From Opitutales bacterium (GTDB lineage Bacteria; Verrucomicrobiota; Verrucomicrobiia; Opitutales; JABSRG01), in contig JBMYOQ010000004.1 of NCBI GenBank assembly GCA_049599475.1, forward strand, positions 64,001-128,000: a stretch of 64,000 nt of DNA, in the 5' to 3' direction. The notes under the pieces were generated by a model. The model ran no database searches. It worked only from the letters and a program-made list of their open reading frames with translations, and had not been told where the DNA came from. Within the stretch, counting starts at the first letter, position 1, and each line of letters begins with the position of its first letter. A program made the position numbers and the translations under genes. This document shows, one piece after another, positions 58,249 to 64,000 of the stretch.

Positions 58249-59595
58249 GTGAATACTACTCTAGAGCCTATATCCTCTACCCGCAAACGAGTCATCGTCT
58301 CCGTATCTGGATCTGAAATTGCATCCGAGGAGAAGAAATTGATCAATAATTATGCCCGTCAGGCTAAGGTTCCTGGGTTTCGCCCTGGAAAGGCTCCTGC
58401 CAGCATCATCAAGTCTCGCTACAAAAAGGAAATCGCAGATGACCTTCTCGGAGCTATTCAACGCAATGCTTATCAGAGCGCTGTCAGTGAGAACGATCTC
58501 AAGGTAGCATCTGTTGTGGAGGCCGACGAACTTTCAGGTATTACGGGTGATCAGGACACCGAAGTCTCCTTCACGCTAGACATTTACCCAGAGATTACAC
58601 TCGCTGACTACAAGGGCCTCGAGGCTAAGAGCGGACCGACAAATGTCGAAGACGGCGAGGTCGACAAGGCTATCGATGAGATCCTTAACCAGCGCGCTGA
58701 GTATGATGTCGTAGAACGTGCTGCAGAGAAGGGTGATTATGTGCGCCTTGCTTACACCGGGAAAATTGACGATCAGTTGATCTCTGAAATTTCTGAAAAC
58801 AAGATGTATTCCGAGCAGTCGTCGACCTGGGAAGAAGCCGGATCCGATTCGGCTCCTGGAGTTCCCGCTGTTGTCGAAGGCATCATTGGCATGGCTAAGG
58901 ATGATAAGGCTACAGTGGAGTATGTTTTCCCAGAAGACTTCGAAGATGAAGCCTTGAAGGGAAAGACTGCTAGCTACGACATCGAAGTTTTCGAAGTCCG
59001 CGAAAAGAAGCTTCCCGAGTTGGACGACGCATTGCTCGAATCTATGGAAGTCGAGTCTGTCGAGCAGTTACGTGAGCGCGTTTCCGAGAACATCAAGCAG
59101 CAGAAGACCCAGCAAAACGGAAATGAAATCCGTCGCCAAATTCAGGACCAGCTTATCACTGCCAACGAGTTTGACCTTCCTGCCTCATTGATCGATCGCG
59201 AGCGCGACAGTATGCTTGTTGAGTTTATGCAAAAACAAGCGCAGCGCGGAGTGCCTCAAGAGGAGATCGAAGGTCGCCGCGAGGAGTTGATCTCTCAAGC
59301 AGAGGCTGCTGCGGTAAATCGCGTGAAACTGCAAAACATCCTTTCAGAAATCGCTGAAAAGGAGGAAATCAAGGTCGAGCAAAACGATATCGGCTCCATC
59401 ATCTACCAAGAAGCGATGGCTCGCCGCACGACTCCAGACGAGCTCGTAAAGGAACTTCAGAAGAATCGCGAGATGCTCAATGAGTTCCAGAGAGCTGCAC
59501 TTTTTAACAAAGTTCTCGAGTTTTTGGTGTCTGAAGCGAAAATTACTGAATCTGATAGCGATTTGAGTCCAGAAAGCGGCCACGATCACGATTAG
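58249..59595 (+). CDS. tig: Trigger factor
   Basis: PGFRPGKAP ribosome-binding motif; upstream of clpP-clpX; GTG start. Confidence 0.95.
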   Translation: MNTTLEPISSTRKRVIVSVSGSEIASEEKKLINNYARQAKVPGFRPGKAPASIIKSRYKKEIADDLLGAIQRNAYQSAVSENDLKVASVVEADELSGITGDQDTEVSFTLDIYPEITLADYKGLEAKSGPTNVEDGEVDKAIDEILNQRAEYDVVERAAEKGDYVRLAYTGKIDDQLISEISENKMYSEQSSTWEEAGSDSAPGVPAVVEGIIGMAKDDKATVEYVFPEDFEDEALKGKTASYDIEVFEVREKKLPELDDALLESMEVESVEQLRERVSENIKQQKTQQNGNEIRRQIQDQLITANEFDLPASLIDRERDSMLVEFMQKQAQRGVPQEEIEGRREELISQAEAAAVNRVKLQNILSEIAEKEEIKVEQNDIGSIIYQEAMARRTTPDELVKELQKNREMLNEFQRAALFNKVLEFLVSEAKITESDSDLSPESGHDHD

Positions 59596-59642
59596 TAGAG
59601 GATTGCGTTGCAAACTCGAATAATTTTATAACCTACTCACAC

Positions 59643-60242
59643 ATGGGAGTCTATCTACCTTTACCTTACGTATACGAGCGCGACGGACGCCAGGAACGAG
59701 CTTGGGATATCTATAGCCGCCTGCTGAAGGACCGTATCGTTTTCATCGGTTCACCGATCGATGATTATGTTGCCAACTCGATTATCGCACAACTGCTCTT
59801 CCTCCAAATGGAAGACCCAAAACGTGATATCAATTTATACATCAATTCCCCAGGCGGAAGTGTTACGGATGGCATGGCTATCTACGATACCATCAATATG
59901 TTGAGCTGCGATGTTGTGACTTATTGTGTCGGTCTCGCTGCGAGCATGGGTACCGTTCTTCTCGCTGCGGGAACTAAGGGTAAGCGGTATGCTCTACCGA
60001 ATAGCCGGATTATGATCCACCAGCCTTCAGGAGGCGCGGGAGGTCAGACATCTGATATCGCCATCGCAGCCAAAGAAATTATGCGGTGGAGAAGCGCTAT
60101 CAATGAGCTCCTTGCAGAACGCTCTGGACAATCTGTTGAACAGATCGCCAAGGATTCTGATCGTGATTTCTACATGACTGCTCAAGAAGCCATGGACTAC
60201 GGTCTCGTGGACAAGGTATTTAAGAAAAACGAAGCAAACTAA
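59643..60242 (+). CDS. clpP: ATP-dependent Clp protease proteolytic subunit
   Basis: [28 protein letters not shown]. Confidence 0.98.
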   Translation: MGVYLPLPYVYERDGRQERAWDIYSRLLKDRIVFIGSPIDDYVANSIIAQLLFLQMEDPKRDINLYINSPGGSVTDGMAIYDTINMLSCDVVTYCVGLAASMGTVLLAAGTKGKRYALPNSRIMIHQPSGGAGGQTSDIAIAAKEIMRWRSAINELLAERSGQSVEQIAKDSDRDFYMTAQEAMDYGLVDKVFKKNEAN

Positions 60243-60263
60243 AACGCTTCTCTAGTTTAAAAT

Positions 60264-61571
60264 ATGGCAAAATCTTCTCGAATGACATTCTGCTCATTCT
60301 GCGGCAAGTCCCAGAATGAGGTGCGCAAAATGATTGCTGGTCCTGCGGGCGTGCACATCTGTGATTCATGCGTGAATGTCTGCAAGACGATCATCGATCG
60401 CGAGATCAAGGAAGAAGATCCTGTCGTTGAGAATGAGAATGCGTTCAACCTGCTTCGTCCTTCGGAGATCAAGGGTAAGCTCGATGAGTATATCATTGGT
60501 CAGAGCGAAGCCAAAAAGGCACTCTCAGTTGCTGTTTACAACCATTACAAGCGTCTAGCTGGTGATATCAACCCCGATGCTGATGCGGCCTTTGCTGCGC
60601 GCGCAAAGGGGTATGAGGACGTCGATATTGAGAAGAGTAACATCCTCCTCATCGGACCTACGGGTTCCGGCAAGACGCTCCTCGCGCGGACCTTGGCTAA
60701 GATGCTGGATGTCCCGTTTGCGATCGCAGATGCGACTACTTTGACCGAAGCCGGCTACGTCGGCGAAGACGTCGAGAACATAGTTTTGCGCCTGCTCCAG
60801 GGAGCAAACTACGATGTTAAAAAGGCTGAGGTAGGCATTATCTACGTCGACGAAATTGATAAGATCGGCCGCAAGACCGACAACGTTTCGATCACGCGTG
60901 ATGTATCTGGAGAAGGTGTTCAGCAGGCACTGCTTAAAATTCTGGAAGGAACCACCTGTAACGTGCCGCCGCAAGGAGGACGCAAGCACCCGAATCAAGA
61001 GTACATTCAGGTGAGCACGCAGAACATTCTCTTTGTGGTCGGTGGAGCTTTCGTAGGACTTGATAAGATCATTCGAGACCGTATTGGCCTCAAGGTATTG
61101 GGATTCAAAAACGAGGATCCGGTTCCTGGAGAAGAAGAAGGAAATCGTTCTGAGAGCGATTATCTCCTTAGCCAAGTGCAGCCAGAGGACTTGGTGAACT
61201 TCGGAATGATTCCAGAATTTATTGGCCGCCTCCCAATGGTTTCCGTTCTCAATGAAATGACTTCAGGGGACCTGGAGCACATCTTGACTGAGACTAAGAA
61301 CTCTTTGGTGAAGCAATATGAAAAACTCTTCGCTATGGAGGGTGTGGAACTTCAGTTCACTAAGGATGCTGTCGCAGCTGTTGCAGAAAAAGCAATTGAG
61401 CTGAAGACCGGAGCCCGTGCACTGAGATCCATCATGGAGAAGGTCATGTTGGATATCATGTATGATATTCCCGAGGATAAGGCGATTCGCGAGGTGATCA
61501 TCAACCGCGCCGTAATCGAGGAAAATGCAGCTCCTGAAATCCGCAAGGTGGATAAGAAGTCTGCGGCTTAA
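60264..61571 (+). CDS. clpX: ATP-dependent Clp protease ATP-binding subunit
   Basis: CSFCGK..CDSC zinc finger, [19 protein letters not shown]. Confidence 0.98.
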   Translation: MAKSSRMTFCSFCGKSQNEVRKMIAGPAGVHICDSCVNVCKTIIDREIKEEDPVVENENAFNLLRPSEIKGKLDEYIIGQSEAKKALSVAVYNHYKRLAGDINPDADAAFAARAKGYEDVDIEKSNILLIGPTGSGKTLLARTLAKMLDVPFAIADATTLTEAGYVGEDVENIVLRLLQGANYDVKKAEVGIIYVDEIDKIGRKTDNVSITRDVSGEGVQQALLKILEGTTCNVPPQGGRKHPNQEYIQVSTQNILFVVGGAFVGLDKIIRDRIGLKVLGFKNEDPVPGEEEGNRSESDYLLSQVQPEDLVNFGMIPEFIGRLPMVSVLNEMTSGDLEHILTETKNSLVKQYEKLFAMEGVELQFTKDAVAAVAEKAIELKTGARALRSIMEKVMLDIMYDIPEDKAIREVIINRAVIEENAAPEIRKVDKKSAA

Positions 61572-61600
61572 TTCCTGGGGCTTTCAGGTTCAGGCTTTTC

Positions 61601-63442
61601 CTACTCCATTTCGAAGCGCATAGGCGCAGCTCCGATGCCGTCGATCAGAATCGAGTCTTTCTCGGTGGGTTGAGGCCAATGAATCGAAATTTTTCCGTCC
61701 ATGTGGGTAATCACGTCTGGAGTCGGGCGGTCTTGCTTAGGAGATAAACGCCAGACATGAACGGGTGAATTTTCTCCAATTCTGGAGCGTATTTGAAATG
61801 CGGGATACTTTACGTTGTAGTCGGGTGCAAACCATCCCGCGATGAAGGGCTCTTCTTGTCCCTTGAAGATCTGAAAATCTGCTTCGGCGGGATAAACCAG
61901 TTCGATTTCTCCCCGCACCTTTCCCGCTGAAAGGGTCCAACGGGATGCCTTCTCAGTTGGCTCTAACTCGCAATTTGGGTGAAAGCTCCAGTGGGTGTCG
62001 GATGCTCCGCCCTGAGTGCTATCTCTCTGATCTATCACAAGAATTTCTCCGGATTCGAATACGATGATTGTCCGATATACGACAACGATTCCGAAAAAAG
62101 TTTTAAATACCTTTGGAGCGACGGCCCACGACCAATCTGAATTGTGACCACTTAGGGTTTTAGATTCCGCTTGGGAAATTTCTCGGTTCCCCCAATCGGG
62201 TTGTAGATATCGAGCGCCCTCTAGGATAATTGTATTGTGGGCAGGTTGAGTCCTGAAATATTCCCGCCAGGCATCATTTCGGTAGTGATAGCGACCATTA
62301 TCGACCAGGATTGACTGGTAGTTCACGGCCCAGGAGACATGCAGCCGGTCTTCGTGTTGATGGTCCGTTCCATAGGGCCCAAAGTCAGCCATGATCCACC
62401 ACAGTAAAGACTTCGTGCGTTTACTGGCAATAAACTGTCCTGAGGGGCCAGGTTCCTTGAAAAACATGGATTTTGAGGGCCGCCTTTCTGGGACCCATTG
62501 GGCGTGCCGCTCAAGAAATTTAGAGTTCACTTCAATGTCACCGTCGTTGTTCAGGGGCCCCAGGCCATTGGGCTGAGTCATGTCGCGTATGGCTGTCCAT
62601 GCCGCCACCCATTTGGGATTCTTTGCGATCTGTTCAGGGGCAATTTCCGCGGCCATTACTAAGCCGTCTAGTGCAATGCGATGGTAATGGTTTGAAAGCT
62701 CGCGATGCATGCCATCACTGAAAAACTGTGTATCCAGCTGCTTCGACAATTTCATCAATGCGTATTCTTTCCATTCGGCGGCATCTGGAGAGTCATCCAA
62801 AAGGTGAGCCAAAAGGAGTAGGGCATTCATTTCAGTGATCAAATGATTGCCTTGGAAATGGTGGTGCTTGCGTAGATATTTCGCGTGATCGACGAGGCTG
62901 GGCAACCAGATTTCTCTAAGATCCGGGCTCACCCAAGCACCTATATCGTCTCGAGCTAAGAGAGGGCCCCACGACTGAACAATGCGTCGGGCGGCTTCCA
63001 GAGCGCGCCAAGAGTGACTGTAGCTCCAGAGTTTGGGTACAGGATTTGTGCGAATCCAGTCCGTCAACATATCATTGGCGCGTGTATAGGCTTCATGGTT
63101 ACCGGCCTTTCCCGCATCAACCAAAAATAGAAGGAACCGGTGGCGATTCATCAGCCAAGCCCATTCTTTATCGTTCTTTGGGCCCCTCCAGGCCCAATCC
63201 CAGGTGCCATCTTCAGAAGCTTGGAATACACCCTCGACCCCCTGGATATAAATTTTCCCGGTTTGGAAAAAAATCTCGCCCGCTTCTGCGTTGCCTTTGG
63301 TTGAACGTAGAGATTCTAGTTCGCTCGCTTTTGCACTGATTTGTTGGAGCGCATTTTGAGAGTTTAATTCGGTTGCTAACATGGAGGAATGTGCGGCACA
63401 GAGGTAAGATAGGAGGAGACACAGCGCACGATTCAACATCAC
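61601..63442 (-). CDS. Heparinase II/III-like polysaccharide lyase
   Basis: Signal peptide; WLMNRH, GNHLITE, DGMHRELSNHYH, HQHEDRL, DNGRYHY, AHNTI. Confidence 0.85.
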   Translation of the reverse strand: MMLNRALCLLLSYLCAAHSSMLATELNSQNALQQISAKASELESLRSTKGNAEAGEIFFQTGKIYIQGVEGVFQASEDGTWDWAWRGPKNDKEWAWLMNRHRFLLFLVDAGKAGNHEAYTRANDMLTDWIRTNPVPKLWSYSHSWRALEAARRIVQSWGPLLARDDIGAWVSPDLREIWLPSLVDHAKYLRKHHHFQGNHLITEMNALLLLAHLLDDSPDAAEWKEYALMKLSKQLDTQFFSDGMHRELSNHYHRIALDGLVMAAEIAPEQIAKNPKWVAAWTAIRDMTQPNGLGPLNNDGDIEVNSKFLERHAQWVPERRPSKSMFFKEPGPSGQFIASKRTKSLLWWIMADFGPYGTDHQHEDRLHVSWAVNYQSILVDNGRYHYRNDAWREYFRTQPAHNTIILEGARYLQPDWGNREISQAESKTLSGHNSDWSWAVAPKVFKTFFGIVVVYRTIIVFESGEILVIDQRDSTQGGASDTHWSFHPNCELEPTEKASRWTLSAGKVRGEIELVYPAEADFQIFKGQEEPFIAGWFAPDYNVKYPAFQIRSRIGENSPVHVWRLSPKQDRPTPDVITHMDGKISIHWPQPTEKDSILIDGIGAAPMRFEME

Positions 63443-63450
63443 TTAGATAT

Positions 63451-63693
63451 CTATTTGCTTAGCCATGTACCCAGAATTTTGGCACAACCAAAAAGGATGC
63501 AACCCAGAATAATAAATACAAGAGGTGCTACGAGTGCTTCGCGTACAAAGCTGCCTATATAGCTCCATGGGAGCCTGCCCCAGGCATTGATGACTCGTAT
63601 CAATAGAAGCCCGACGCCTCCAAGGACGCATAGAAAACCTACGATTTTTAGAATGAGCGTGGCGAGCTGTGGGGCGTCTAGATCGGCAGGCAT
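63451..63693 (-). CDS. Small 2-TM hypothetical membrane protein
   Basis: Two hydrophobic helices; tight spacing between cysS and the lyase gene. Confidence 0.6.
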   Translation of the reverse strand: MPADLDAPQLATLILKIVGFLCVLGGVGLLLIRVINAWGRLPWSYIGSFVREALVAPLVFIILGCILFGCAKILGTWLSK

Positions 63694-63700
63694 TTAAGAA

Positions 63701-64000
63701 TTATTTGTTCGGGCTTAGGTTGAATCCGTCTTTTGTATCTAGGACAGTCCATCCGGCTTCCGATATTTCAGCGCGTAGGGCGTCGGCTTTTGCAAAGTCT
63801 TTAGCTTGCTTGGCCTCCCAGCGGGCTTGGGCTAGGGCAGTGATCGATTCAGGGGCTTCGATGATCACCTCTTCTTCCTTTTGGATTATAGTAACTTTCC
63901 ACCCAAAGGCTGCGATGATAAAGGCCATTTGATCAAGGAGAACCGCCGCTTCATCTTCGCTGGTAGTTTTAGATTTGATACCTTTCTCAATCGGGCGCAA
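63701..64000 (-). CDS. cysS: Cysteine--tRNA ligase, C-terminal part (5'-truncated by window edge)
   Basis: ARWEAKQAKDFAKADALRAEI..GWTVLDTKDG anticodon-binding tail. Confidence 0.85.
   Translation of the reverse strand: MRPIEKGIKSKTTSEDEAAVLLDQMAFIIAAFGWKVTIIQKEEEVIIEAPESITALAQARWEAKQAKDFAKADALRAEISEAGWTVLDTKDGFNLSPNK

Noticed and set aside
60555..61175. 206-aa antisense ORF within clpX, and similar shadow ORFs in alaS, leuS, glnD and others
   Set aside because: They lie opposite well-conserved genes and have no protein-like motifs; codon-bias shadows
1..64000. tRNA, rRNA, integrase or prophage genes
   Set aside because: No cloverleaf, rRNA, recombinase or phage structural signatures recognised by eye

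Overview
A 64-kb bacterial chromosome segment. Gene content and protein styles suggest Verrucomicrobiota, probably an Opitutia member (inference). Most of it is housekeeping or ordinary: end of an ExbD-ExbD-TonB-TPR cluster, a sigma54 response regulator, a phytoene/squalene synthase, a ClC antiporter, an alpha-2-macroglobulin-like giant, a GAF kinase, glnD, yhbY, alaS, gcvT, cheV, an aldehyde dehydrogenase, xth, a DtxR/MntR regulator, yggS, lpxI, leuS, MscS, tig-clpP-clpX, a heparinase-like lyase and the end of cysS. Two regions stand out. (1) About 30.2-43.7 kb is a tightly packed polymorphic-toxin locus: a PEP-CTERM-like mini-protein, a 1552-aa secreted protein (three lectin-like repeats, DxDxDG repeats, PA14), a secreted HEAT-like protein, and a 2056-aa signal-peptide RHS protein with a hydrophobic pre-toxin segment, a HINT domain and a GHH nuclease tip. 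These are followed by a SUKH-like immunity gene, an IS66 stub and an orphan gene. No T6SS, T5SS or T7SS delivery genes are in the window, so the upstream genes are a candidate dedicated delivery or display apparatus. (2) About 8.5-12.4 kb is a four-gene orphan-ParA operon (coiled-coil protein, ParA, RNAP alpha-CTD-like protein, membrane-anchored degenerate FGE-fold protein) behind clear sigma54 and sigma70 promoter motifs and a 7-1-7 palindrome. No rRNA, tRNA or CRISPR array was seen. All family calls come from motif recognition by eye, not database searches.
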